Position numbers and translations under genes: made by a program. Positions 8,485 through 20,800 of a DNA stretch of 64,000 nucleotides are shown here, piece by piece; the first letter of the stretch is position 1; each line of letters starts with the position of its first letter. The stretch is from an uncultured Prevotellaceae bacterium (GTDB lineage: Bacteria; Bacteroidota; Bacteroidia; Bacteroidales; Bacteroidaceae). The notes under the pieces are model-generated. The model had not been told where the DNA came from and did no database searches. It was given only the letters and a program-made list of their open reading frames with translations. The stretch covers positions 9,008 through 73,007 of the forward strand of contig CACZMV010000005.1 of NCBI GenBank assembly GCA_902782305.1. The letters run 5' to 3'.

Positions 8485-9852
8485 TTAGAGAAGTCCCAGC
8501 TGGTGAAGGAATATTAAGATGATAGCCAACGGACAGACATACTTGATGAGGAACAGATAACGATGGAAATAGCGGACATAGCCCTTCAGCTCACCATAGT
8601 TGCTGAACTCATCACGTACTATCTTATGAGGCACAAACCAACCGATGAAGATACAAGTCAGGAAGCCCACAACGGGCAGGAATATCTGGCCAGTGACAAA
8701 GTCAAACCAATCGAACATCGCCTTGCCGAAGAACGACAGTTCTTCGACAGCTCCTAACGACAACGAACAGAATGCACCAATGACAGATGTCGTCACTGTC
8801 ACTATCAAAGCGGCACGCTTGCGCGTCGTACCAAGTTCCTCCTGGAAGAAGGCCGTCGACACCTCATGCAGCGACATCAGTGACGTCAGGGCAGCCAGTG
8901 ACAACAACACGAAAAACAGCAACGAGACGACATAGCCTACTGCCGGAACACTGCTAAAGGCCTGTTGGAATACGTTGGGCAGCGTGATGAATATCAACGA
9001 CGGTCCCGAGTCGGGTTCCACACCTACGGAGAATGCTGCAGGGAAAATCATAAGACCTGCCAGAATTGCTACCATACAGTCTATGATGGCAATCTGCGAG
9101 GCAGACTTCGTCAGGTTGGTCTCTTTCGAGAAATAACTGGCATAGGTACACAGACAACCCATCGCAATGCTCAGCGAATAGAACGACTGCCCCAGTGCAC
9201 TGAGGAACACGTCACTTGTAATCTTTGAGAAGTCTGGCTTGAACAGGAACTCAATACCCTTATACGCATTCGGCAACATGCACGATGCGCTTACGATAAT
9301 CAGCAACAGGATAAACAAGGTAGGCATCATCAGCTTCGATGCCTTCTCTATTCCGTTGCGCACCCCATGTTCGATAATCAGGTAGGTCATTCCTAAGATG
9401 ACGACCGTCCAGAACACAGGTTTCACTGGATTGGAAGACAATTCCGTGAAATACGTCTTGAAATACTCCGGATCACCCTGCAGGTGCCCTATCAGCGAGG
9501 CCCACACATACTGCAGACACCATCCGCTGACCACCGCATAGTAGCCTGTAATCAGGAATCCCGTCAGCACACCCATATAGCCTATCAGTGCCCACGGCGT
9601 ACCGCCTGCGAGTTTGCGAAAAGCCCTGGCGGTGTTCGACTGTCCGTGACGTCCAATGATGAACTCGCTAATCATACACGGGATACCCAGCAACAGCACA
9701 CATGCCACATAAATCATGATGAACACGGCTCCACCGTTCTCACCAGCCATATAGGGAAAACGCCACACGTTTCCCAGTCCTACGGCAGACCCCGCAGTAG
9801 CCAGGATAACCCCTAGTTTGCTTCCAAAATTTGCTCTCTCTATTTTCGACAT
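8485..9852 (-). CDS. Sodium-dependent transporter, NSS/SNF family (paralog 2)
   Basis: Same signatures as paralog 1. Start placed at MSKIERANF (9852); the longer ORF-track extension runs through the promoter and heptamer repeat. Confidence 0.93.
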   Translation of the reverse strand: MSKIERANFGSKLGVILATAGSAVGLGNVWRFPYMAGENGGAVFIMIYVACVLLLGIPCMISEFIIGRHGQSNTARAFRKLAGGTPWALIGYMGVLTGFLITGYYAVVSGWCLQYVWASLIGHLQGDPEYFKTYFTELSSNPVKPVFWTVVILGMTYLIIEHGVRNGIEKASKLMMPTLFILLLIIVSASCMLPNAYKGIEFLFKPDFSKITSDVFLSALGQSFYSLSIAMGCLCTYASYFSKETNLTKSASQIAIIDCMVAILAGLMIFPAAFSVGVEPDSGPSLIFITLPNVFQQAFSSVPAVGYVVSLLFFVLLSLAALTSLMSLHEVSTAFFQEELGTTRKRAALIVTVTTSVIGAFCSLSLGAVEELSFFGKAMFDWFDFVTGQIFLPVVGFLTCIFIGWFVPHKIVRDEFSNYGELKGYVRYFHRYLFLIKYVCPLAIILIFLHQLGLL

Positions 9853-9895
9853 ACCTTTATTTATTCTCGTTTCCGCTTGCAAAAGTACTAACAAA

Positions 9896-10068
9896 AAATG
9901 AGAAATGAGAAATGAGGAATGAGAAATGTAAATGAGAAATGAAGAAATGAAAGAAAAGTGAATGGAGATTTGCTTTTTCGCTCGCTTATTCGTACTTTTG
10001 CACCAAAAATTCACAAAATATGGCACAACGCTATCATTTCTCACTTCTCATTTCTCATTTCTCATTTA
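9896..10068. repeat. Inverted pair of heptamer arms around the VanZ promoter and start
   Basis: (AAATGAG)-type arm at 9896-9950 and complementary arm at 10034-10068. Confidence 0.88.
9968..10004 (+). promoter_or_regulatory. VanZ promoter (shared cassette)
   Basis: ATTTG-N20-TACTTTTG-CACC; 35/37 identical to the fadD promoter. Confidence 0.75.
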
Positions 10069-10448
10069 AGAGGTATCCTCTATCACTGCTCTGTCTGGCA
10101 TTGATATTCATCTTGTCGTTCACCCCCTTCTTCCCTGAGACGCCCTTCGACGAGGTGCAGTTCATCGACAAGTGGACCCACTTGGTCATGTACGGAGGCA
10201 CCTGTAGCGTCATGTGGTGGGAGCACCTGCGTCACAGCAAAAAAGAAGCCCGCAAGCCGAACCTGCGAGCCCTATTCTGGTTTGCCCTCGTGGGCATGAT
10301 TATCCTCGGTGGACTGGTAGAATTAGGTCAAGCCTACTGCACTACCACCCGTTCCGGCGAGTGGCTCGACTTTTTTGCCGACTCCATCGGTGTGCTGTTA
10401 GGCAATGCCTTCGGGCTGCTTATGAAGTCTGTCGTAGCAAGGGGTTAG
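10020..10448 (+). CDS. VanZ family membrane protein
   Basis: DKWTHLVMYG, GGLVELGQ...TRSGEWLDFFADSIG motifs; 4 TM segments. Confidence 0.85.
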   Translation: MAQRYHFSLLISHFSFKRYPLSLLCLALIFILSFTPFFPETPFDEVQFIDKWTHLVMYGGTCSVMWWEHLRHSKKEARKPNLRALFWFALVGMIILGGLVELGQAYCTTTRSGEWLDFFADSIGVLLGNAFGLLMKSVVARG

Positions 10449-10469
10449 GAAGAAAGTAGCAAGGGAGTA
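10430..10469 (+). repeat. 11-mer repeat, left flank of ATPase
   Basis: tgtcgtagcaagggg ttaggaagaaa gtagcaaggga; supplies the VanZ stop codon. Confidence 0.75.
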
Positions 10470-10521
10470 AATAGGCCGGGCAGACCTAGGTTGTGGTCTC
10501 TTTAATTACTATTCATAGTCT

Positions 10522-11646
10522 TTAATACTCTTTTGAGAACCAGAGGCGATAGACGGGATCCACGAATATAAGTTCTCCCTTCCTCTCCTCAATAATGTCC
10601 TTATCCTTTAACACCTTCTTGTTCTTGCTGATGGTGTTAGGATTACCCAAGGCATAGTTTCTTTTTGCTTCTATCGATGACAACTGCCGCACACCGTCTT
10701 TGATGGCCCGGAGCATCTCTATCTGACTTGGAGCCAGCGACTCTGTATCACTTAGGAACATCGGCGAATTGGTGTTGATAAGTTGTCGCAAACCATATTG
10801 GAAAATCTGCTCATCCACTTCTTCGGTCGTCGCATTCCAGATGAAATAGCATAGTTGTTGGAGGTACCATGAATGACATTCCACCGTATCGCACACCTGA
10901 CTGGCAAAAGCCTCTGAGATACGCTTGCCTGATTTCTCAAACGATTCCCTAATGAACGGCATCCACTCCGACTTGGCAATCTTGTCAAGGAAAAGCATCT
11001 GTCCGAAACGGTAGAAGGGCGAATTAGCATTGTTGAAGATGTCCATCATCATATGTCGCTTACTACCATATAGGCAATATGTGACATGCTCCTGCTGCTG
11101 CCATGCTGAACGCATCTTCCCCTCCATGTTCTTATAATCAGGCAAATTAGCCAGTTGTTGAAATTCGTCTATACACACGATAATCCGAATGTTCTTGGCC
11201 ACAGCAAGCGTCTCTGGCAGACGAAGAATGTCCATCTTATCTTGTTCCTGAGGTACAAACTTTACATCGAAAGCCATGAAATTAGTGACATCGTCCTTGA
11301 TTACCAACTGCGGAACGACACCCGTCAGGAATTTCTTGGCATCTTGAATACGTCTTTCCAACTTTGTCGAAGCACATGCTATTACCTGACTGGCAAACGT
11401 CCTATAGAACTCGGCCTCAGAGCCTATGCTAAAGGCATCAATGAAGCATACGCGGACATCTTTAGCTTCATTTTGAAGTTCCTCCATAGCGACCTTTACC
11501 AATGAGGACTTTCCCCAACGGCGTGGCGAAATCAGCATCACATTAATGTGTGATGAGAGAAAACTCTTCAGTTGAGCCCTGTCTTCCACTCTGTCGACGA
11601 AATTCTCCTTAGTGGCAAGTGTTCCGTATTGAAATGGCGCATTCAT
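10522..11646 (-). CDS. AAA/STAND-like ATPase (archaeal-ATPase type) with probable C-terminal winged helix
   Basis: PFQYG..FVDR, Walker A SPRRWGKSS, Walker B IIVCIDEFQ, GSKRHMM; start MNAPF at 11646. Confidence 0.85.
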   Translation of the reverse strand: MNAPFQYGTLATKENFVDRVEDRAQLKSFLSSHINVMLISPRRWGKSSLVKVAMEELQNEAKDVRVCFIDAFSIGSEAEFYRTFASQVIACASTKLERRIQDAKKFLTGVVPQLVIKDDVTNFMAFDVKFVPQEQDKMDILRLPETLAVAKNIRIIVCIDEFQQLANLPDYKNMEGKMRSAWQQQEHVTYCLYGSKRHMMMDIFNNANSPFYRFGQMLFLDKIAKSEWMPFIRESFEKSGKRISEAFASQVCDTVECHSWYLQQLCYFIWNATTEEVDEQIFQYGLRQLINTNSPMFLSDTESLAPSQIEMLRAIKDGVRQLSSIEAKRNYALGNPNTISKNKKVLKDKDIIEERKGELIFVDPVYRLWFSKEY

Positions 11647-11673
11647 ATCTTCTATAACAATGGTTTGACAGCA

Positions 11674-11717
11674 CAAATATACAACATATTACCCAAAGGT
11701 AACTTACCTAAGGGTAA
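11674..11717 (-). promoter_or_regulatory. ATPase promoter with tandem palindromic operator
   Basis: TATATTTG -7 element (11674-11681); TTACC-N4-GGTAA palindrome twice (11689-11702, 11704-11717). Confidence 0.6.
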
Positions 11718-11761
11718 TTTTTTTGCTCCTATTAATGTTTTTTATCGTTTCTTGCATTATA

Positions 11762-11813
11762 TGTCGTAGCAAGGGGGTAGCAAGGGGGTAGCAAGGGGGT
11801 AGGAAGGGAGTAG
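11762..11813 (+). repeat. 11-mer repeat, right flank of ATPase
   Basis: tgtc(gtagcaagggg)x3 gtaggaaggga gtag. Confidence 0.88.
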
Positions 11814-11834
11814 ATAGAAGAAAGAAGGTAGACG

Positions 11835-14800
11835 CTACTCTACCCTCTTTCCGATATTTACATTTGTATTACCCGTTACCTCAGCGTTGTTACCTCCGCC
11901 ATAGACGTTACCGCGGATGTCGGCACCGACGACAGACTTCGACACACGTTTATCGTTACCCTCGATGGTATTGTCGAGGATAGACTCAAATTTCACAGAG
12001 GCTTCCGTACCGATATTCACATTGGTATTACCAGTCACCTGGGCAGCGTTACCGCCACCGAACACATTGCCGATAACACCCATATTACCGTCAACGTGTG
12101 GATAGAGTACCACCTTACCAGTTCTGTCACCTGCATAGTCTTTATCAATAAGCCACTCTGGCTTGCTAGTGTCGCTGGCTGGGTCGTAGCCATTAGCCTT
12201 ATAATCTGTAACCGTCTTGTCAAACGCCACCTCGTTGATGTTCACCGTTGGGCTGCCAACCATCACGGCGTTCGCACCGAGACCACCACCAAAGATGTTA
12301 CCGATACTGGTAAAACGACGCACGTTGACTCGTGGTGAGTTGTGAGGTGTAACATTTGGCAGGGCTGCCGTTCTTGGGGTACCATCGTCATTGTATCCAT
12401 ATATAGAATACGGAGCCAGGTTACCGCCACCATACAGTTCACCGATGATGATAGGTGTACCACAAGTCTCACTCTCCTCGATGTTCACCTCTATCTGCCC
12501 ATCCAACTTACCACCCGACTTGTTACCACCAAACACGCGACCGAACTTACCGCTGGTCAGCGTCAGGCTGACATCGTTACCCACGTCGGCATTCTCAGCA
12601 CCGGCATAGATTTCCGAAATCCAGTCGTTTGGCATACAGCCCAGAACAATCTCAGCGCCACCCGCCATCTCGGCATCCTTACCACCACCGTAGATGTTGT
12701 TGACATTCAGATTATCGCAGCAAGGCAGGTTGGTACCCTGCGAACCGGTCTTGTCAATATTCGTAATCGATGAGCCGCCACGGATATCACCCTTGGTATT
12801 CGAACCACCATAGACATTGTGGACATTACCCGCCATCAGTCGTACCACAGCAGTCTTCACACCAGCACCTGTATTTCCATATTCAGTCGTACCGTCAGTC
12901 CTTATACCGACATTGGCACCTGGGTTGTTTTGTCCTGCACCGTAACCGCCACCAAAGACATTATCGATAATCTTAGTACCTCTGATTTCCACTTTGGTAC
13001 CAGGTGTAGCAGCACCATATCCACCGCCATACACCTCTTCTATACTGGTCAAATCACAGCCTTCGATAATCACCTCGGTACTCTGCTTAGCATCCGTCTC
13101 TGTAGGTACATAGTCGGCATTGTTACCACCACCGAAGACGTAATCCACATCGTAGCCCGATGCAGCCTTCGTCGCGATATTGTCAGTTCCCTCGCTCTGT
13201 GTTGCATGGATATGTACCAGCACATCACCCTTCGGCGTACCATTCATATCGTTACAACCGAACACCTTGCGGACGATACCACCCTTGGTGTTTGCTGCTA
13301 CATTTTTGTTCAGGTGTACCTCCACATTGCCTCCAGTCGTTCCGGCCTCACTGATAGGAATCTGTTCTGCTTCTGGAGTTGTAGAAGGATAGGTAATATT
13401 ATCCACGCTACCCTTACCACTACCAAATACGCTACCATAGTAGTAAGCACCACTACCCGTACCTATCTGGGTACCCACTTGACCACCCGTGATGTTCACT
13501 GAGGTATTCTTCTTAACCACGCCAAGCTCTGCACCACCATAGACATTACTCTTGATGGTACCGCCCGTGATGTTCAGCTTCGTCTGCTTACAGCGGCCCA
13601 GCTTAGGCCATAGCGGCAATAATGTATTTCCCAAACTATACAGACGACCCATACAGCCTGCAAAGACGTTACCGCCACGTGTGTAGAGCAGATGGTTCTG
13701 ACTGTCGAATGTGGTAGTTAGCATCTTCTGCTTATCAGCAGCGGTAGGATTAGCCTTATACTCTATGTTGTTTCCGATGGTACCGCCACTGATATTGATG
13801 GTGATATATCCACGGTTGAAACCAGAGACTTCTTTGCCTCTGTCATCCACATTATCGTCACGCAACACACCATAAGGTTTCTCCTCACCAACGACTTCAT
13901 CTACCAAGTAGAGACCATAGCCCACGGAACCCAGACGGCCTCCACCATAGACAGAACCCAGCATGGTACCACCCTGGATGTTGATTTCAACGCAGCCGCC
14001 CACGTTGCCGGCCGTCAGGGCCTCACCACTGAAGCCGCGGCCGCCGCCGAAGACGTTGCCCTCGACGTAGCTCGTGCCGTAGTTGCCTATGTAGGCATTG
14101 TCCTTGATGGTCATCTTGACGTCGCGCATGACGTGGCCGTCCTCGCCACCGCCGAAGACGGAGCCGTAGATGCGGGCCGTGCCCGAGATCTCCACCTCGA
14201 CATTGTTCACATTAGTGGTCTTGTTGAAGAAGATGCGCTGGTCGCCCTTGCCTGCACCGAAGAGGTAGCAGGTGACGGGGTGGGCGGCTATCTGAGCCAG
14301 CGTGCGGGGCACGCCGAGGGTGCCGCCGCTCATCTTTACCGTGCACTTGCCGCCCGGCTTGGTGATGTCGTAGAACATGTCTGGCGTCTCTTTGGCCAGG
14401 TCGGTCATCTTCCTCACGCCGCCCTGTCCTACGTCGGTCATCTCGTTGCCGCCATAGACCGAGGTGAGTATGTGGCCGCCGGTGATCTCCACCGTCGTGT
14501 TGCCCTCCACCCATCCTGCCGTGGGCAGCCACTTTCCGGCGGCGTAAGGCTCGTAGCCCGAGCCGCCGCCGAAGACGTTGCCGTAGAACGTGTGGCCGTC
14601 GGTGCCCGTGGGGTGGGCGTTGTCGGCCGACGAGCCGTCGGAATACTTTCCGTTTCCATCGGCAAACTTGTCGTAGGGCGTATAGGGAGCAGTGTAGGGC
14701 CAGCTGGCGCACTCCAGGTCGGTGGCGTCGATGGGTGTGTAGTCGGCAGCCCATACGTTGTCGCCGTAGGGTTCTGTCGTCGTCTTTCCGCAGCCTATCT

Positions 14801-17800
14801 GTCCGCCCTGTATCTTCACGTGGGTGTCGGCAAGCACGTGGCCGCTCTCGGCGCCGCCATAGACGCTGCCCCTGACGAAGGCCGAACCGCTGACGGTCAC
14901 CAGGGTCTTGTTCACATAGCCCGAGGTCTCCAGGTTGGCGTATTCAGCAGGGGCATGCACCTCGCCGCGCCCGGCACCGAAGACGTTGCCGTAGTTGTTG
15001 GGCATGGCCAGCACGTCGGGACCCACGGAGCCGCCGCTGATGGTGACGGTGCAGAGGCCCGTTCCCTCGGTGCAGCTGTAGGGCTTGCCCACGGGCACGT
15101 CGGTGTGCTCGGTATGGTAGTCAGCGTCGGCATAGGTGAAGGTGCCCACCGAGCCCATGGCTCCGCCGCCATAGATGGTGCGTGCCACGCGGCCGCCGTC
15201 CATCGTCACCGTGGCGTTGCCCTTGACGAGACCTGCCAGTGGGTTGTATAGCGTCTTGTCGCCCTCTGTGTAGGTATCGGTGCCGCAGCCGCCGCCATAG
15301 ACATTGCCGCGGTAGGGGTATTCAGCGCCGTTGTACTCCTTGCCGCTGCTGCCAGTGATGGTCGAGCCGGTGAGTATGCCGATGGTGCCGCTGTGGATGG
15401 CGACATTGGTGTTGTGGAGCGTGTGGCCGTTCTCGCCGCTGCCATATACGGAGCCGGCAATCGTCGGCCCTGTGGTGGCACGACTGGTGCCTATGATGAC
15501 GTTGGCCTCGTTGACCCACGCCATGTAGTCGTCGCGCTGCAAGTTGCCTATCACGTCGCCGCGCGACGAGCCGAACACCATGCCGTTCTCGCGGCCGTCC
15601 ACACCGATGATGCCGCCGGTGATGGTGACGTTGGCTGTACCGGTGCCGGTGGTTTTCAGACTCTCCACGCCGTACACCTTCTTGGTGCCGTGGTCAGGGT
15701 CGATGTTGGTGGTGTAGATGAAATTGCCCACCGAGCCATAGGCGCCGCCGCCATATATATTATGGTATATGGTACCGCCCGAGACGTTGACGTTGGTGTT
15801 GCCCAAGATGAGGCCGCAGCGCACGATGGTGCGGTTGCCGCTGCCGCCGCCGTAGACGTTGCCCATGGTGGCGCCGCCGAAGTAGGTGCTACCCTCCTTG
15901 TCCTTGCCAATGACGGCATTGCCGCTGATGCTCACCCACGTGTTGGCCGCCTCGCTGGCATCACTGATAGCCGATTCACCGATCACGTTGTCATTGTCAT
16001 AGCTGTAGAAGCCGTAGCCCACGCTGGCCACCTCGCCGCCGCCATAGACGCTGGCCAGCACCTTCGCGTCGCCCGTGATGTCAACCTTTGTGCTGTACTT
16101 CACGCGGCCAGCCTGGAACTTCGGGTTGGTCTCCTTGCTGTCGGCATCCACCAGTTTCTCAATCGAACTGCCGTAGCCGCCGCCGAAGACGCTGCCGAAA
16201 GTGTACTTGGTGGCCTCGCCGTCCTTCACCTCGGTGCCGATGGTGCCGCCGCTGATGCTGATTTCGGTGCTCACGTCCTTCTCCTCGCCGCCAATGGTGG
16301 CTGTGTGCGTGCCTTCAGTCCATCCCAGTTCACCGCCACCATAGATGCTGCTCTTGATGACAGCACTACCCGAAATGTTCAGTTTGGTACTCTTCACCTT
16401 ACCCAAGTCTATCCAACGGGGCAGGACCGTGGTTCCGTTCAAGGCATAGAGGCGTCCCATAGCACCAGCAAAGACGTTACCACCCTTGGTATGTGTCAGA
16501 CGGTTGGAGGTGGCGTCAAACTCCGTATTGGGAATATGCTTATAGCTCTTCCATTTATCCCAGTCACCACCTGCAGTCGTAGTCCATTTTGTAATGTCCG
16601 TTTCGGTAATTCCCACAGCAGTATTGTCTGCTGTACTTGGAATAACATACTCATAACTATTACCTATCGTTCCACCACTGATGTCGATAGTAATATGTCC
16701 GTGGTTACCGCCTCCAGTCGTTTCGGAAATACTTCCGTCAGTAATCGTCACTTTTTTACCATCGTCAATTAGTTTTCCATAATTGGCATGCGTCGATGGC
16801 ACCAGATAGGTTCCTACAGAGCCCAGACGACCACCACCATAGATGGAGCCAAGCATCTTGCCACCACTGATGTTAATGTACACATTGCCACTCACTACAC
16901 CAGCTGTCAGGGCATCGCCACCAAAGCCACGACCACCACCGAAGACGTTACCATCGACATACGAGGTACCCCATGTGCCAATGACAGGGTCATTACCATT
17001 CATTGTCTTAATGTCAATGCTCACATCGCCCAGTACGTGACCATCCTCACCGCCACCGAATGCCGAACCATAAATAATGGGCTGACTGATGGAATCATTG
17101 ATTTCCACACGTACTTTACCCACATTGGTCCATTGGTCAAAATGGACGCGCTGGTCACCTTTACCAGCTCCGAAGAGGTAGCACGTCACAGGGTGAGCGG
17201 CAATCTGTGCCAATGTGCGGGGAACACCCAGAGTACCGCCCGACATCTTCACAAAGCACCTACCTTTATTGGTTTCCACACTCACACCATTACCCACGTC
17301 GGTCAGCTCACAGCCACCATAGACTGATGTCAGGATGTGTCCACCCGTAATGATGACGTTAGTATTACCCTCTACACGTCCGGCAGTACGGAGCCATTCG
17401 AATATATTGTCTTTCCTTGATTTATAGGGGTATAAACCAGAACCTCCACCAAACACATTACCATAGAACGTATGACCGTCCTTAGCCGTAGTAGCGCCAC
17501 CACCCGCAGCACCATTCTTGTCGTAGGGGGTGTAAGGATTTGTATAATCCCAATGGGCACATTCGTAGATAGAAGCTGCGGCAGTTTCTATCTGCTGGGC
17601 TGTTGCCGTTGCCGGATTGACGAACAGATTTTCATTGTAGCGTTCATTCACACCACCGCCAGCATTTGAATTCAATGTCGGATTCCATCCGTTACCTATC
17701 TGACAGTGGTCTTCAATCTTCACCTTGGTATTGTGCTGAACGTGTCCGTTCTCACTACCACCATAAACAGAGCCTTTGACGAAGGCATGTCCACCGATGG

Positions 17801-20800
17801 TCACCTCAGTCTCTGTAGCCAATGCTAACGTTCCGACATACTTCAGATAGAGTTCTTCTTTATCCGAAGTATATACTTCCTGTACGTACTGATTTTTATC
17901 ATCAATTGTCCAACGTACAGGATTTTCATTAGCCTCGTAGCCCTCGTATGGCAGTACACCCTTACCAGCACCAAAGACATAGCCTGTATCGTCTGGACCA
18001 CCCGTTGCCTTCATCTGCATATTGTCTGGACCAATCTCTGCATAGCCCTTGACAGTAACGATACACTTACTATTACTGTCAGCCAGTGTATATGGCATGC
18101 CTATTTCCACATCATCGGGGGCATCAGAAGGTTTACCCTGTCCTTTCTTCACCTTATATCTGCCTACCGAAGCAATCTGGCCACCGCCATAAACGCTTCT
18201 ACCAACCTTGGCATTACCCTGAATGGTGACTTCGCTGATGCCTCGTACCAATGCAGCATAGCCATGAGTATTGGCACCTGCGCCTGCACCATACACATCA
18301 CCATTGATTTGGGGTTCACTGGTGGGTGTGCCTGTGGCTTCACCATCACCAATACCTATCGTCACAGTGGTGCCTGTTTCTACACGACCCAACTGACCGC
18401 CACCATAGACGACACCATTCACCGTACCGTTACCTATCATGATATTCGTTGAACCAGCCACCATGGCTTTCTCGCATTTGAAGGTTGTTGCTTCACCTTT
18501 ACCGCCACCATAGACATTACCCTTGATGGTGACACCCTTACCCGCTGCAACGGCCTGCCATACTTCTTGGTTGTTCACCGTTGTCTTCTTCGCACCAATG
18601 TTCACAAAGGTACGGCCCGCAGCCGTTATATTATCTATATCTGCATCCATTTCACCCACGTTAGCCAATTTACCACCGCCATAGACGTTGCCGGTAATGT
18701 AGGCACCCAATACCGTCTGTGAAGTACCGACTGTCTGTTCCGTACCGATATTCACATGGGTCTCGCCTATCACAGAAGCTGCATTACCACCGCCATATAC
18801 ATTTCCTATAATACCTAAATGGTTGGTATTTTCGGTATTTGGCAGATTTTTCATCATGGCAGGAACACCTATGGTTGTATTATCGCCATATTCACCCTTA
18901 ACCATATTGATGTTCACCGACGGGTTGGCATACATCGTGGCAGGTGCGCCCAAACCACCACCGAATACCTCGCCGATATAGGTGCAAGAAATGATGTTCA
19001 GTTCGGGCTGAGCATAATTTATAAAATCGCTAATAGAAGCATATTTCGTTCCATCGTGTTTAACAGGTAGGCGCGAATCTGTTGCCGACTCTCTTGGCTT
19101 CAGAATCTTCTTACCCGTTTCTGTTTGGATATCTTCACTCTCATAATAGCCATAGATAGAGTAGGCAGCCTCGTTACCACCCAGATAGAGCTCATCAATC
19201 TTGATAGGTTGACAGCCCGTTTCCTCCACGTTCACCGTGATTTTACCCTTCACGGCACCACCCAGGTTATTACCACCAAACACCTTGCCGAAGTTACCAT
19301 TGGTGATGTTCAGCGTGATATTACCATTCACATTCGCCTCGTCAGCACCCGCAAACAGCAGGGGCACCTTGGTTGATGGCTGACAACTCAAGGTCATATT
19401 CACATCACCGTCGATGTCCGCATACTTACCAGCACCGACAATCTTCTCCAATACCAATTCACAACAATAATCGTCGTCTCCGGGATTTTTAGGAGCAGAC
19501 ACCTGGTTAATCGAACCCTTGAGAACACCCTTCGTGTTACTTCCACCGTATGCCTCGTGAATTAATCCAGCCTCCATCCGAGAGTTTGCATTACCCGTAC
19601 CATAGGCCACCATCTCAGTACCATTATGATATTGTCCGATATCAGCACCAGGGTTTTCGGTTAAAACATTATTTATTAGTATTTTGTCCTTACCGTTACC
19701 ACCGCCAAACAGATAGCCTATCTCATAAGCGCCCTTAATATCCACGTTTGTCTCCGGTACGGCAGCAGCATTACCACCACCATAGACGGTCTCGATACTG
19801 GTGAGAGTACAACCTTCGATGATGACCTGCGTCCTTGAACCATTAGCTTCAGATGTCGTGGAAGTATTTGGAGTCACAGGAACATAGGCAGCCATGTTAC
19901 CACCGCCATAGACAGCCGAGACATCGTAACGACCTAGCACTTTGGCATTCTCCACCGCAGCCACGGCAGGATTAGTTTCAGGAGCCTCGACAGCCGGAGT
20001 ATTTGCTATCTGTGTAGCCGCAGCATTCTGCGTCGCATAGACATGCACCATTACATCACCCTTCGGTGAACCATTGATGTTGTTACAACCAAAGACCTGT
20101 CCAACAACACAACCCTTTGCAGTATTATCGATAGCTGCTCCTGTTTCACCAGAAGACGTCGTACCGTTCAAATCCAACAGCACGTCACCATATACGTAAG
20201 CCGCAATATCACTGGTTGCACCGTTCACACCATTTTTTTGTCCCAAAGCACCACCGTATGCCTCGCCCAAGATGGTACCACCAGTCAGGCGAACTGTCGT
20301 AGTATTGAGTGCTGATTTTTGGTTTGTGTCAGCCCATCCACCAGCATTGCTATTTGCCGAAGCATCCCAATTGCTTGTCTGGGTATCAGCCAAAGCACCA
20401 CCGCCATAGACGTCTTTCAGTATCAGACCTCTCGTCATGCTCACAGCCACGCTGCCCTTTACGATACCAGCCTCACCGCCACCAAATACAGAGCCTGCTA
20501 TGAGCTGAACATTCTTGTCTTCGTTATCTGCTGTCGGAGTTGTTGCATAGCTGATGTTCACCTCCGTCTCGCGTACCTGAGCAAGGTTGTCACCTGTTGC
20601 TGCAAGGTCACCACGTGCAGCACCAAATATGTTACCATCGTTGTTGCTGTTACCGTCATAACCGATACGTCCACCAGTGACCGTTATCGTTGTCTTACCA
20701 CTGTTAGCATCACTGGCAGTACCCACCGATCCCATAGCACCGGCACCATAGACATTACGAACCACATGACCACCACTGATATTCACGGAAGTATTACCTT

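Noticed and set aside
9853-10044. N-terminal extensions in the ORF track (NSS paralog 2; also ATPase, AraC, four-helix bundle, argE, TPR)
   Set aside because: They run through promoters or repeat arms; downstream ATGs fit promoter position and family N-termini better.
14133-16772. Long plus-strand ORFs (372 and 459 aa)
   Set aside because: Antisense shadows caused by high GC3 in the patch; no recognisable motifs.
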